Source: Candidatus Micrarchaeota archaeon (GTDB lineage Archaea > Micrarchaeota > Micrarchaeia > Anstonellales > Bilamarchaeaceae). Taken from it: a DNA stretch of 64,000 nucleotides. Positions 50,014 through 60,475 of the stretch are shown here, one piece after another. The stretch covers positions 1-64,000 of the forward strand of contig JBDRPL010000010.1 of the NCBI GenBank assembly GCA_043827025.1, read 5' to 3'. The notes beneath the pieces were generated by a model. The model was given only the letters and a program-made list of their open reading frames with translations, was not told the origin of the DNA and searched no databases. How positions within the stretch are numbered: position 1 is the first letter of the stretch; every line of letters begins with the position of its first letter. The position numbers and the translations under genes were made by a program.

Positions 50014-50568
50014 ATGAATTTTGATGTTAAATCTATTGGCAGTCTAAGGAGGAAACTTGGCCTTACCCAGAACCAGCTTGCCAAGCTGTCAGGTGTGAGT
50101 CAATCTCTTATAGCAAAGATTGAATCCAATAGGATTGATCCCGCATATTCCAAGGTGGTTGCAATCTTCCAGGCAATTGAGCAGGAGATGAATCGAAAGA
50201 AGCAGACAAAAAAAGCACGAGATCTCATGACCAGAGATTTAGTTTATGTCTCTCCGGAAGAATCGCTTGAGAAGGTCATAAAGCTCATGAAGCAGAAGGC
50301 CATTTCACAGGTTCCAATATTCGATGGAAAGAATTATGTTGGCAGCGTTACCGATGACATGTTTGTCGACTGGTTTACAAAATATGGCAATCGCCTTGGA
50401 AACGTTATGGTTTCCGAAGTGATGCATGAATGTTTTCCGATTATCCCTGTAGACTCAGACATTGACATAATTGTAGAGATGCTCAAATTCTATAAAGCGC
50501 TTTTGGTTGCAAATGGAAAAGTAGTGGGCATAATCACAAAAGCTGATCTGATGAAAGCTATGAAATAA
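50014..50568 (+). CDS. XRE-HTH + CBS-pair transcriptional regulator
   Basis: LGLTQNQLAKLSGVSQSLIAKIE, ISQVPI, VGIITKADL. Confidence 0.93.
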   Translation: MNFDVKSIGSLRRKLGLTQNQLAKLSGVSQSLIAKIESNRIDPAYSKVVAIFQAIEQEMNRKKQTKKARDLMTRDLVYVSPEESLEKVIKLMKQKAISQVPIFDGKNYVGSVTDDMFVDWFTKYGNRLGNVMVSEVMHECFPIIPVDSDIDIIVEMLKFYKALLVANGKVVGIITKADLMKAMK

Positions 50569-50607
50569 TTCATATGAATACATGATGCTGTAGATGGTTT
50601 GTTTTTT

Positions 50608-51822
50608 ATGGAATACAATTATTTATCAAAGACTCATGGTATAGGCGGAAAGATGAAGCAGAAGCCAGAGGATTTCGTAGTTGAGGAGATAATGCAGGAC
50701 GGAACTGTATTGGAAATAAACAAGAAAGTTGAAAGAGCAGGAGAAGAAGGAAAGTTCACCCATTTCGTTCTACAAAAAACAGACTGGTCAACTGCAGGGG
50801 CTTTGGAAAGAATTGCAAGAAAGATAAGAACAAGCCAGAGGAGATTCAATTTTGCAGGCACAAAAGACAAGCAAGCCCTTACCACGCAATTAGTTTCATG
50901 CTTCGGCAAATGGCCAAGGGATTTTGAGAATCTGATGTTGAAAGACATTGACATTCTCGGAGCATGGGAAGCAAAGGACAAGGTAAGGCTTGGAGAACTT
51001 CTGGGAAACAGATTCACAATCAGGGTTGATGGGTGCAACGAAGATTCGGAATCGGTTGTTGCGAAAATATATTCGGAGCTTGGAGGGAAATTTCCAAACT
51101 ACTTCGGTGAACAAAGATTCGGAACAACTAGGAAGAATACTCATATTATAGGTGAAAAGCTTCTGAGGGGCCAGTTGGAGGATGCCGCGCTTTCTTTCCT
51201 ATGCGATACTGAAGGAGAGGAACACGAAGCTGCCAGCAATGCAAGGAAAGAATTATTGGAAACAAGGGATTTCAATATTGCACTGAAAAATTTTCCAAGG
51301 CATCTTAGGCTTGAAAGGAGCATGATTGCAAGGCTTGCCACGGATCCAACTGATTTTGCTAATGCATTCAGGAAATTGCCAAGAAACATATTGCTTCTTT
51401 TCGTCCACGCATTCCAAAGCCATCTCTTCAATACAATGCTTTCAGAAAGGATTGCAGAAGGAGGACTGGAAAAAGAGGATGGCGAATATTTCTGCGGAGA
51501 GGCTCATGGGTTTCCAGATATTGAGCAGAAGCAAGAGCAGGAGAATAGCATCTGGCTCGTAGGAAGAATCGTTGGCTATGAAACTGTATTGAACAAACGA
51601 GAGAAAGAGCTTTTGGAAAGGTTTGGAATGGACCAAGAGGTTTTCAGGATGAAGACAATGCCTGAGATAAATACAAAAGGCACCTATAGAACACTTATGG
51701 CCCCACTGGCTGATTTCAAATTCGCATCAGACATATTCAATTTTTCTTTGCCTTCAGGTTGCTATGCAACAACTGCATTGAGGGAATTTCTGGACACTAA
51801 GCCTGCTTCGCTAGGTTATTAA
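50608..51822 (+). CDS. truD: tRNA pseudouridine(13) synthase TruD
   Basis: PEDFVVEE, AGTKDK.A.T.Q, GNRFTI, PNYFGEQRFG, LPSGCYAT..LRE. Confidence 0.96.
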   Translation: MEYNYLSKTHGIGGKMKQKPEDFVVEEIMQDGTVLEINKKVERAGEEGKFTHFVLQKTDWSTAGALERIARKIRTSQRRFNFAGTKDKQALTTQLVSCFGKWPRDFENLMLKDIDILGAWEAKDKVRLGELLGNRFTIRVDGCNEDSESVVAKIYSELGGKFPNYFGEQRFGTTRKNTHIIGEKLLRGQLEDAALSFLCDTEGEEHEAASNARKELLETRDFNIALKNFPRHLRLERSMIARLATDPTDFANAFRKLPRNILLLFVHAFQSHLFNTMLSERIAEGGLEKEDGEYFCGEAHGFPDIEQKQEQENSIWLVGRIVGYETVLNKREKELLERFGMDQEVFRMKTMPEINTKGTYRTLMAPLADFKFASDIFNFSLPSGCYATTALREFLDTKPASLGY

Positions 51823-51845
51823 ATTGTTGTGATACGTATATTCTT

Positions 51846-52616
51846 ATGCATATACTCCCTGCCAAGCAACCATTCAAACCAAAAGCCCCTATGCATACTT
51901 CTTTTTCTTGTTGCCAGTCCAACCCATTTAATTCCGGGTGCATGCGGGTTCCAGACAGTCCTTTGATTCCCCAGGTATCTCGGGAGTATCTTGCCCAGCA
52001 TCCATGGTTGACAAGGGAAAGGGTTCATGGCAGGTGGTGTTCAGAGGATTCTGTTCGACATGCGGTTCGATGGTTTGTTGAGCAACACCGGCTGCCTCTT
52101 GGCCATACTTTGAAAGTAGTCACTGAGCAGATGTTGCCTTCAGAACTAAGGAGTTGCCAATACAGGGCTTGCGGATTATATGGGCTGTTTATACATACCC
52201 TGGATGGAAGCAATTACCAAGCGATGTTGTTTGCAGGTTATGATCTTGAGCCAGGTGTCAGATCTCCACTTGAATTGAATGCTTTGAATAGGTTTGGAAG
52301 GGAAAGCGGTTTGAAGTACATCGAATCCCACCCTTGGATCATGAACCGTATGCTGTTTTGGAATGAATCTCTTGCAGTCTCGGCTATGAAATGGCTGGCA
52401 GACCAATTGGCTCTTGCAGAAGACGATTCTGCTCGGGTAGCTGTCGGCCGGCAGAAAAGCCCGTCCAGCATAGACAGATTCGATCTTAGAAACAATCTGC
52501 TTTCCCACCTTCTTACGGTTTACGGTTCTGCAACCGACTCTTTAGCCCTGATTGGAGTGTCCAAATATTATAATCCGGCTCTTAATCTTGGGACGTATGC
52601 CATGCAAAGAGTTTAA
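51846..52616 (+). CDS. Hypothetical protein with two internal helical repeats (DUF4046-like)
   Basis: HPW...W.E...A..W..(E/D)Q...L..L....GS....L repeated twice. Confidence 0.6.
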   Translation: MHILPAKQPFKPKAPMHTSFSCCQSNPFNSGCMRVPDSPLIPQVSREYLAQHPWLTRERVHGRWCSEDSVRHAVRWFVEQHRLPLGHTLKVVTEQMLPSELRSCQYRACGLYGLFIHTLDGSNYQAMLFAGYDLEPGVRSPLELNALNRFGRESGLKYIESHPWIMNRMLFWNESLAVSAMKWLADQLALAEDDSARVAVGRQKSPSSIDRFDLRNNLLSHLLTVYGSATDSLALIGVSKYYNPALNLGTYAMQRV

Positions 52617-52640
52617 ACCGAAATCCTCGAATTGTTATCC

Positions 52641-53714
52641 ATGGAAGAAGAAAATATAGGATTCAATACATCTGATAAGATATTCTACAATCCTGCTATG
52701 AAGTTCTGCAGGTCATTCTTTTCACTTGCTGTTGGGGCGATAGATGAGAAGCTGGATTTGCTTGACGCCTTTTCCGCAACAGGCATTAGGGGCATAAGAT
52801 ACAAGAAGGAGAACAAGAATGTCAAATCCATTGCCTTCCTTGATTACAGCAAGAATGCTGTGAAGCTAATCAAGCAAAATATCAAGAAGAGCAAAATCAA
52901 GGGAAAGGTTCACAATGATGAGTTCGGCAGTTTTCTTGTGTGCAACCGCAAGGAAATGGACTTCAATTTCATAGAGATTGATCCGTTTGGAACTCCTGTC
53001 CCATATCTTTTTGATGCAGTTCGTGCATTATCAAAGCAAAAGAGGTCCTATCTTTCAGTGACTGCGACAGACATGGCGGTATTATGCGGTTCGGAAAAAA
53101 GAGCATGCATGCGCAACTACCATGCAAAATCATTGAACAATGAATTCACCCACGAGAATGGGCTGCGAATAGTTATGAAGCGAATTATTGATTCAGCATC
53201 AGAATTCAATCTTGGCATTACCCCACTAGTTTCATTGTCTCATCGCCACTACATAAAAATACTTGTAAAGCTCGAAAGGAATGCTGAGAAATCAAATGAG
53301 AATATGGCGCAGATTGGATACATAAATTATTGTCCGAAATGCCTTAATCGAAATGCAGGTGAATACGAGAAAACATGTCCCATATGCGGAGCTGTTTTCG
53401 ATCATGCAGGTCCATTATGGCTTGGAAGGCTGTTCGATTCTGTTTTCCTAAAAACAATGAAGAAAAACAACGAGTCAAGGCTTTATTCTGATAGAAAAGA
53501 AATAGGCAAGGTCCTTGATCTGATGATTGGAGAAGCAGACATGCTTCCGTACTATTATGACCTCCATGTGCTGTCCAAGAAGCTTGGCCATAAAGCCATC
53601 CCACGTACAGAAGATGTGCTTAAGAGGATTGAAGGGGTGAGAACACATTTTAATGTGCTTGGGTTCAAGACAAAAAAATCTTTCAAGGAGCTTGTGGAAT
53701 TGCTTAATGATTAA
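52641..53714 (+). CDS. trm1: tRNA (guanine26-N2)-dimethyltransferase Trm1
   Basis: FYNP.M...R, ATGIRGIRY, IDPFGTP, VTATD, CxxC zinc motifs, GPLWLG.L, RTHF. Confidence 0.95.
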   Translation: MEEENIGFNTSDKIFYNPAMKFCRSFFSLAVGAIDEKLDLLDAFSATGIRGIRYKKENKNVKSIAFLDYSKNAVKLIKQNIKKSKIKGKVHNDEFGSFLVCNRKEMDFNFIEIDPFGTPVPYLFDAVRALSKQKRSYLSVTATDMAVLCGSEKRACMRNYHAKSLNNEFTHENGLRIVMKRIIDSASEFNLGITPLVSLSHRHYIKILVKLERNAEKSNENMAQIGYINYCPKCLNRNAGEYEKTCPICGAVFDHAGPLWLGRLFDSVFLKTMKKNNESRLYSDRKEIGKVLDLMIGEADMLPYYYDLHVLSKKLGHKAIPRTEDVLKRIEGVRTHFNVLGFKTKKSFKELVELLND

Positions 53715-53863
53715 TGTTGTTAATCTGGAAATATATTTTCGAAATTGCTGATTTTTCTTCATGGGATTTCTTCCAGGAAATCTTTAGAGAAGCTTTATAT
53801 TTTTAACCTTCGATATTTATCTGTTCTTTTTTATCTTGTAAGACAGCTATTTTGGTGGAAGAG

Positions 53864-54517
53864 ATGGACTTAGAAGTAATACCGGCAATTCTAGTCAAAA
53901 GCAGAGAGGAGCTTGTCCGTCGCATCGAGCTTGTAAAACCCTACGTGAGGACTGTTCAAATAGATGTCATGGATGGCAAATTTGTTCGAAATACTACTGT
54001 CACTGATTTTTCCGACCTTCCCAGGAAGGTGAACTACGAATTCCACTGGATGGTTGAAAACCCGGGAGATTACATTCGTGAAGTTCCTGGAAAGCATATG
54101 CACATGGTTCATATCGAAACAGTCAGTGACTGGAAGGAAATGGAAAAGGTCAATGAGCAGGCGGGCGGAAAGCTTGGACTTGCCTTTAATCCAGAAACAC
54201 AGCTTGCAAGAGTGACTCCATATTTGGACAAAGTTTCCAGATTCCTGGTGATGACTGTGAATCCTGGATTCGATAAACAGAAATATCTTCCGGAGATGGA
54301 AGAGAAGATGCATGCCCTAAGGAAGCTGGATCCAACAATTGATATAGAAGTTGATGGCGGGATAAATCTCGAGACAATCGGAAGGGCAGCTTCTGCAGGG
54401 GCGAACAAGTTTGATGTTGCAAGCGCGATTTTCGGATCAGGCAATATAGGAAAAACAATCAAGGATTTGGAAGCTATTGCAAAGAAATGCAGCGATGAGG
54501 CGTTTAAGGATGTTTGA
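53864..54517 (+). CDS. rpe: Ribulose-phosphate 3-epimerase
   Basis: QIDVMDGKFV.N.T, H.MV, LVMTVNPGF, IEVDGGIN, AGA. Confidence 0.95.
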   Translation: MDLEVIPAILVKSREELVRRIELVKPYVRTVQIDVMDGKFVRNTTVTDFSDLPRKVNYEFHWMVENPGDYIREVPGKHMHMVHIETVSDWKEMEKVNEQAGGKLGLAFNPETQLARVTPYLDKVSRFLVMTVNPGFDKQKYLPEMEEKMHALRKLDPTIDIEVDGGINLETIGRAASAGANKFDVASAIFGSGNIGKTIKDLEAIAKKCSDEAFKDV

Positions 54518-55361
54518 AAAAGTTACAAGTTCAAGGGAATTGAGTTTGATTGCAAATTCATTGCGCCGGCACATAATCGAGATGCTTGTCGAAGCGAAGT
54601 CTGGGCATCCTGGTGGCCCGCTTGGGCTTGCTGATATTTATGCAGTTCTCTATTTTCACAACCTGAGATTCGACCCTAAGGATCCAAATTGGGAGGATCG
54701 GGATCGTGTCATTTTATCAAATGGCCATGTGTGCCCTGTGCTTTATGCAACCTTGGCAGAAGCAGGCTTCTTTCCAGTTTCTGAACTCAAGTCTCTAAGG
54801 AAACTCGGTTCAAGGCTTCAAGGGCATCCTCACAGAGGCCAGTTGCCTGGCATTGAAAATTCATCAGGTCCTTTGGGACAGGGATTATCGCAGGCTGTTG
54901 GTATGGCCCTTGTTGCACAGCGGGAGAAAAAGCCATGGAGAGTATATGCAATGCTTTCTGATGGCGAACATAATGAAGGCCAGACTTGGGAAGCCATAAT
55001 GCTTGCAAATAAATATTCACTTGGCAACCTTACTGTGATAATTGACAGGAACTTTATCCAGATAGATGGCAAGACTGAGGAAGTTCTTCCAATGGAGCCT
55101 TTTGCAGACAAATATCGTTCATTCGGCTGGCATGTGATTGAAGTTGATGGCCACAATATTTCTGAACTCAAAAGAGCAGTTGATGCCTCGGCAAACATAG
55201 CAAAACCAACTGTGATACTCGCAAGAACAATTCCAGGCAAAGGGGTTTCATTTATGGAGCATAGGTATCAATGGCACGGGAAAGCTCCTAATGCGGACGA
55301 AGCCAAGCAGGCGCTTGCAGAGCTAAATGAAGAGAAAAAAAGATTCGAATCCATGCTATGA
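54510..55361 (+). CDS. Transketolase, N-terminal (TPP-binding) subunit
   Basis: SGHPGG, RDRVILSNGH, LQGHP, GPLGQG, SDGE..EG..WEA, WHGK. Confidence 0.95.
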   Translation: MFEKVTSSRELSLIANSLRRHIIEMLVEAKSGHPGGPLGLADIYAVLYFHNLRFDPKDPNWEDRDRVILSNGHVCPVLYATLAEAGFFPVSELKSLRKLGSRLQGHPHRGQLPGIENSSGPLGQGLSQAVGMALVAQREKKPWRVYAMLSDGEHNEGQTWEAIMLANKYSLGNLTVIIDRNFIQIDGKTEEVLPMEPFADKYRSFGWHVIEVDGHNISELKRAVDASANIAKPTVILARTIPGKGVSFMEHRYQWHGKAPNADEAKQALAELNEEKKRFESML

Positions 55362-55370
55362 GGTTTTATT

Positions 55371-56354
55371 ATGACAACTACCAATTCAATGCATTTAATT
55401 GAAAATCTTCTTGAGCCAAAGGTTTCAGTGAGAATAAGCGAAGGCTTTGGTAAGGGGCTTGTTGAGCTTGGCGAGAAGGATCCGAATGTCTGGGGCCTTA
55501 GTGCTGATGTCACTGAATCAACAAGAATGCATTATTTTGCTGAAAAATTCCCTGAGCGTTTTGTACAGGTTGGGGTTGCAGAGCAGAACATGGCAGGGGT
55601 TGCAGCAGGAATCGCTGCCTGCGGAAAAACCGCGTTCATTTCTGCATACGGAGTTTTCTCTCCAGGAAGGAATTGGGATCAGATAAGGGTTTCAATTTGC
55701 TACAATGATGTTCCAGTAATAATTCATGCCTCTCATACAGGCGTAACAGTTGGTCCTGACGGTGCGAGCCATCAGGCGCTTGAGGATGTTGCGTCAGTAA
55801 GACCAATTCCTAATCTGATAATAGAAGCGCCATGTGATATGGAACAGGCAAAGAAAGCTGTTTTCGCTCTTGCAAAGACAAAGAAGCCGGGATATCTTCG
55901 AACTTCTAGAGAAACTGCACCTGTTTTCACAACTGACAAGACGCCTTTTGTTATTGGAAAGGCAAATGTCTATCGTGATGGAAAGGACATTGCGATATTC
56001 GCATGCGGAATGGTTGTCTATGAATCATTGAAGGCTGCAATGCAATTGGAAAAGGAAGGTATCTCATGTGCAGTGATTGATATGCATACAATCAAGCCTA
56101 TAGATGAAGACTGCATTTTGAAATATGCAAAAAAGTGCAAGGTGTTGATGAGCGTCGAGGACCATCAGGTCATCGGTGGATTGGGAGGTGCGATTTCAGA
56201 AGTGCTCTGCGAGAATTCACCAGCATTGCTCCATCGCCACGGAATCTACAACCGATTCTGCGAATCCGGTGGCGGAAAGGAACTGATGCACAAATATGAG
56301 CTGGATGCTGAAGGTATAGTGAAGCAGGCTAAGAAGGCATTGAAGATGAAATGA
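55371..56354 (+). CDS. Transketolase, C-terminal subunit
   Basis: VGVAEQNM, GPDGASHQALED, IKPID, GGLGGAI. Confidence 0.95.
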   Translation: MTTTNSMHLIENLLEPKVSVRISEGFGKGLVELGEKDPNVWGLSADVTESTRMHYFAEKFPERFVQVGVAEQNMAGVAAGIAACGKTAFISAYGVFSPGRNWDQIRVSICYNDVPVIIHASHTGVTVGPDGASHQALEDVASVRPIPNLIIEAPCDMEQAKKAVFALAKTKKPGYLRTSRETAPVFTTDKTPFVIGKANVYRDGKDIAIFACGMVVYESLKAAMQLEKEGISCAVIDMHTIKPIDEDCILKYAKKCKVLMSVEDHQVIGGLGGAISEVLCENSPALLHRHGIYNRFCESGGGKELMHKYELDAEGIVKQAKKALKMK

Positions 56355-56674
56355 ATGCACAAAATCGGGGCCATCATATGAAATATTCTATCAGGGAAGT
56401 ATTATCTGCTTTATCAGATTTCAATAATTGGACTAGGCTGTATCCGGCATATTCCGAAGCAGAGCGTAAGAAAAACCCTTCGCCTCCATTGCATTATAAT
56501 ATCCCCAATATAAAAGTGATCGAAATGGTTTCAACATATGCCGACGAATCCACAAATTCAAAAGACCTCAGTTCCCTTTTGGAAGCTCTTGAAAAAATAA
56601 ATCGTGAAGGAAGCGACGTTTCTCCCTTAATCAATAAAGTGTCTGTCAAACTAAAAAATTTGGTGAAAAAATGA
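56351..56674 (+). CDS. Hypothetical protein inserted in the pentose phosphate operon
   Basis: 107-aa ORF with ATGA overlaps at both ends. Confidence 0.55.
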   Translation: MNAQNRGHHMKYSIREVLSALSDFNNWTRLYPAYSEAERKKNPSPPLHYNIPNIKVIEMVSTYADESTNSKDLSSLLEALEKINREGSDVSPLINKVSVKLKNLVKK

Positions 56675-57324
56675 AATTCTTTCTAGACACTGGAAATATC
56701 CAGCAGATAAAGGAAGCTGTTGAGCTTGGAATGTGCGATGGAGTTACTACAAACCCTTCATTGATTGCGAAAGAGGGAAGAGATCATAAGCAAGTGATTC
56801 AGGAAATATGCAAGCTTTTGGGAAACAAGCCTGTTTCTGTTGAAGGCATTGGCGACACTGCGGAACAGATGGTGAAGGACGCAGAAGAGTTCGTTGCCTG
56901 GGGCAAGGGGGTTGTTGTAAAGATTCCAATGACAAAAGAAGGATTGAAAGCGGTTCGTATCCTGTCACAGAAAGGGATCAAGACAAATGTCACATTGGTT
57001 TTCAGTCCAGCGCAGGCTTTGCTAATTGCAAAAGCAGGTGCAACCTACGTCTCTCCATTTGTTGGTAGATTGGATGACATTGGCCAAAATGGAATGAATG
57101 TGATTTCAGATATAATGGAAGTCTACAAAGCATATGGATACAAGACTGAAGTCATAGTCGCGTCAATCCGCTCAGTTGACCATGTGGTTGAGGCGGCAAA
57201 GCTTGGCGCACATATTGCAACCATTCCAGCAAAAGTGATGGACCTGATGTGGAAGCATGAACTTACAGATAAGGGAATAGAGATATTCAATAATGACTGG
57301 AAGAAAAGTCATGAGAAGAAATAA
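56671..57324 (+). CDS. tal: Transaldolase (short FSA/Tal type)
   Basis: [41 protein letters not shown]. Confidence 0.94.
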   Translation: MKFFLDTGNIQQIKEAVELGMCDGVTTNPSLIAKEGRDHKQVIQEICKLLGNKPVSVEGIGDTAEQMVKDAEEFVAWGKGVVVKIPMTKEGLKAVRILSQKGIKTNVTLVFSPAQALLIAKAGATYVSPFVGRLDDIGQNGMNVISDIMEVYKAYGYKTEVIVASIRSVDHVVEAAKLGAHIATIPAKVMDLMWKHELTDKGIEIFNNDWKKSHEKK

Positions 57325-57330
57325 ATAATT

Positions 57331-58248
57331 TCATTTTTCTCTGGAGTAGTATTCTATCAGTCTTTCAATTCCCTCTTCCAATCCTATTTTGTATTTGAAT
57401 CCTAATTCTCTTTCTGCTTTTGAAGTGTCCGCCAAAGTATCCTGGACATAGTTCTTTATCGGATTTTCGATGTATTTTGCCTCAATATTCTTGTTCATCT
57501 TTTGATTAAGTAGTTTTATCATTTCCTTTATGGTGATGCTTTTTCCAGTTCCTGCGTTGTATATTCCGAACTCGATGTCTGATTTGATTGCAAGCATATT
57601 TGCTTCAACAATGTCATCAACATAAGTGAAATCCCTTGTCTGCGAGCCATCGCCATAAACAACAGGCTGCGCGTTGTTCTGCAAGTCCCACATGAACTGG
57701 CTTATCAGGTTGGCATATTGCTTCTTGGATTTTTCATGAGGTCCGTAGACGCTGAAATACCTAAGGCCGATTGACTTGACTCCGTAAAGTATGTGGTATA
57801 ATTGCGCGAGCCTTTCCATTTCATATCTTCCTTCTGTGTAAAAATCAGTTATCTTCACTTCCATATCTTCACGGTGCGGAGGTTTCTGCCCACTGTATAC
57901 TGAAGAAGTTGCTGCCCAGACTATCCTTGCTTTGTTTTCCTTTGCATATTCAAGAATTTTTATGAATTCTTCAATCACTTTTGCAGTGAGCAATGGGTCT
58001 TTCTTATACATAGGGGTCGAGGAGTAGGTGCCGTTATGCACTATCACATCGAATCTTTCATTAGTGTGTTTTTGGAAATCTCCTGCGTTGCATTGTATGA
58101 TTTTTATTTTTCCTTCGATATTTTTTAGGTTTTCCTTGTTGCCGGTGTGCAGATTGTCAGCTACAGTCACCTCATGACCTTCTTTTACCAGTCTTTCAGT
58201 TATGTTTGACCCTATGAATCCTGCTCCGCCTGTTACAAGTATTTTCAT
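57331..58248 (-). CDS. NAD-dependent epimerase/dehydratase (extended SDR)
   Basis: TGGAGFIGS, SSVY, LRYF.VYGP, GDGSQTRDFTYV.D. Confidence 0.93.
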   Translation of the reverse strand: MKILVTGGAGFIGSNITERLVKEGHEVTVADNLHTGNKENLKNIEGKIKIIQCNAGDFQKHTNERFDVIVHNGTYSSTPMYKKDPLLTAKVIEEFIKILEYAKENKARIVWAATSSVYSGQKPPHREDMEVKITDFYTEGRYEMERLAQLYHILYGVKSIGLRYFSVYGPHEKSKKQYANLISQFMWDLQNNAQPVVYGDGSQTRDFTYVDDIVEANMLAIKSDIEFGIYNAGTGKSITIKEMIKLLNQKMNKNIEAKYIENPIKNYVQDTLADTSKAERELGFKYKIGLEEGIERLIEYYSREK

Positions 58249-58480
58249 TTTATCATCCCAACAAGGTTTTATTTTATTCCCATATTCTTTTATACATTTT
58301 GCATGTTTTAGGTTTTCTGTGCGTATTTCAGTTCTTTTTATATTTTACTCCCATAAACATGCACAAACACTTTTAAACTTAACTTAACAAATTCAATAAC
58401 CATGACTTCCTTTAAGGAAATCGGAATAGGAAGTTTCTTTTCAGTCAGTTCTACTTATTCAAGTGTGAGTCGTGGTGTTT

Positions 58481-60475
58481 ATGAAACTTAAAAGAATGGA
58501 TAGTATTAGGAGTGTTAGGGAGGTCAGCGTCCAACACAGAGGAGGTTTTTTAGCTGCATGTACTGCATTTGCTACGATCATTGCATCATCTTTCATTCCG
58601 AGTTTGGCGCATGCAGGGTCTGATTGCGCAGCTTTGCAGCAAAACTGCATTGATGCTGACAGCTCAAATGCAAAACAATGCAGGACATTTGCAAAACGTT
58701 GCGGTATATGGTCAATAGACCAGAAATCCAAGGCTGCATTAGTTCTTGAGAATGACATTGCCACCTCTTTATCACAGATTAGTGCAGGCACTCCTACTGA
58801 GGATGTTACTGCTGTTTTTCAGGAATTCCAGAGCTTGCGTGCTACTGCAGAAAAATCTATGGGCAAGCTTGGAAAAAAGCCAAAACCAAAAAACATTGCT
58901 GCAGTTACCAATGCCTTTGATAAGGTATTGGCAAAAGGCCAGGAAGCAAAGGAGAAAGTAGATTCCCTTGATCAAAAATCACAAGTTCCAGAACTTACTG
59001 CACAAAGGCTGATAGACAATAGGGCAATATGCCGTTCCATGCTTTCTGATTTTAAGGAAAGGTTGGATAAGGTAGGGGAAATGGCTGCAAAACAAAAAAA
59101 GAAAATTGATTTTGCAGATGCGAATCTCTATTATAAAAGAATGAAAAAATCCTATGACCTTGCTCTTAAGACTGAGCACGTTCTGCTTGAAAACAATTCA
59201 GAGGTGACTAATGCGCAAAATCCTCCTGGGATTTTGACTCTGGCAGATCTAACTGGAATTGCAGATGACTATACTCAAGCAGTTGCTTCTGGAAGAAAAC
59301 TTGAAGTTGCCTTAGCTGGTTTTGAAGCGACCCTTTTTCCAAAGCCTAAAGACTCTGGACAACTAGTGCAATCAGTACAACCCACTGCCCTCCCATCTGA
59401 ATTGCTAGAAATGGAAGGTATGCAATGGGCAGGTTCGCAGGTTCTAGGTGCAGATTGGGCATTTGTTACTGCAGTTCGTGGAATCCGATTCAATTTCACT
59501 CCTGATTCTGCGGAATATGCTGATGCTCAAGGCGCAGAAAATCTTACGCTTGACACATCTCCTGCTAAATATGCTACAACTTCTGTGACTGGGCTGTTGA
59601 AGCTCAGCGAAATGTTTTATGCTTCATTGGGATATGGATATATTCATGCTGGAGTGAGTTCTCCGTTCGTGGAGCTTGATCCTGAGAATCCTCTCCAGGC
59701 AAGCCCGAAATTTGCAATATTTAAAACGACAGAGCACAGGTTCCTTTTAGGGCCCGGACTTCTTTTTAATCTTGGAGATAATCCTCTTCTTTTGGTTCCG
59801 AAGTTTGGGTATTCTATGTCTTCAAGCCAAGTCCAAACCTCTTCATTGCAAGGGGTTGATGCAACAAAGGTCGATTCAACGGCTGATGGAGGGTCATCAT
59901 CTGGCCTTGTAGCCGAGTTTCATGCTTCTTTCTTGATGAAACGTATGTTGGCTTCTCTTGATTTGAGCAACAATCCTAGTACATTGGCATCTTTTTCCTT
60001 GCATTTGGGCTTGCCTAATTTCACTACAAGCGACATGCGGTTAAGCCTAGATGGACAATTTGGAACTGTTTTGAGTGCTTCTGAACCAACACGTGTTGGC
60101 GATTCTGTAACTTATAAGTCTGATACTCGTTCATTCCAAAGAATTGGAATGAATCTATTGCTGCCACTTTTGGATCTCTCCGGAGGATCATATACTCTTG
60201 CATTGGATCTTGGCGGAAGCGCGCTTGCAGTGGATGGAGAATCAACTTCATTTGCAGGAAGCGCAGGGGTTGCATTCAAAATATCGGATGCATTCTTTAT
60301 TTCGGTTTCCTATGATTCCTCGAATGCAATATTTGCATGCGTAAACGGGCGCGTAGAAGGAAATGGTGCATTCACCAATGTTGATTGGCGCCTTTCAATT
60401 CCATCTGATATTAATAATCTTGTTGGTTCAGGCCGCACTAGTTTCGGCAGAGCTATGTCTGAGGTGAAAAAATGA
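58481..60475 (+). CDS. Secreted protein: helical N-domain + C-terminal putative beta-barrel domain
   Basis: Long leader ending SLAHA|G; K/A-rich helical region; last ~330 aa made of amphipathic alternating strands. Confidence 0.8.
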   Translation: MKLKRMDSIRSVREVSVQHRGGFLAACTAFATIIASSFIPSLAHAGSDCAALQQNCIDADSSNAKQCRTFAKRCGIWSIDQKSKAALVLENDIATSLSQISAGTPTEDVTAVFQEFQSLRATAEKSMGKLGKKPKPKNIAAVTNAFDKVLAKGQEAKEKVDSLDQKSQVPELTAQRLIDNRAICRSMLSDFKERLDKVGEMAAKQKKKIDFADANLYYKRMKKSYDLALKTEHVLLENNSEVTNAQNPPGILTLADLTGIADDYTQAVASGRKLEVALAGFEATLFPKPKDSGQLVQSVQPTALPSELLEMEGMQWAGSQVLGADWAFVTAVRGIRFNFTPDSAEYADAQGAENLTLDTSPAKYATTSVTGLLKLSEMFYASLGYGYIHAGVSSPFVELDPENPLQASPKFAIFKTTEHRFLLGPGLLFNLGDNPLLLVPKFGYSMSSSQVQTSSLQGVDATKVDSTADGGSSSGLVAEFHASFLMKRMLASLDLSNNPSTLASFSLHLGLPNFTTSDMRLSLDGQFGTVLSASEPTRVGDSVTYKSDTRSFQRIGMNLLLPLLDLSGGSYTLALDLGGSALAVDGESTSFAGSAGVAFKISDAFFISVSYDSSNAIFACVNGRVEGNGAFTNVDWRLSIPSDINNLVGSGRTSFGRAMSEVKK

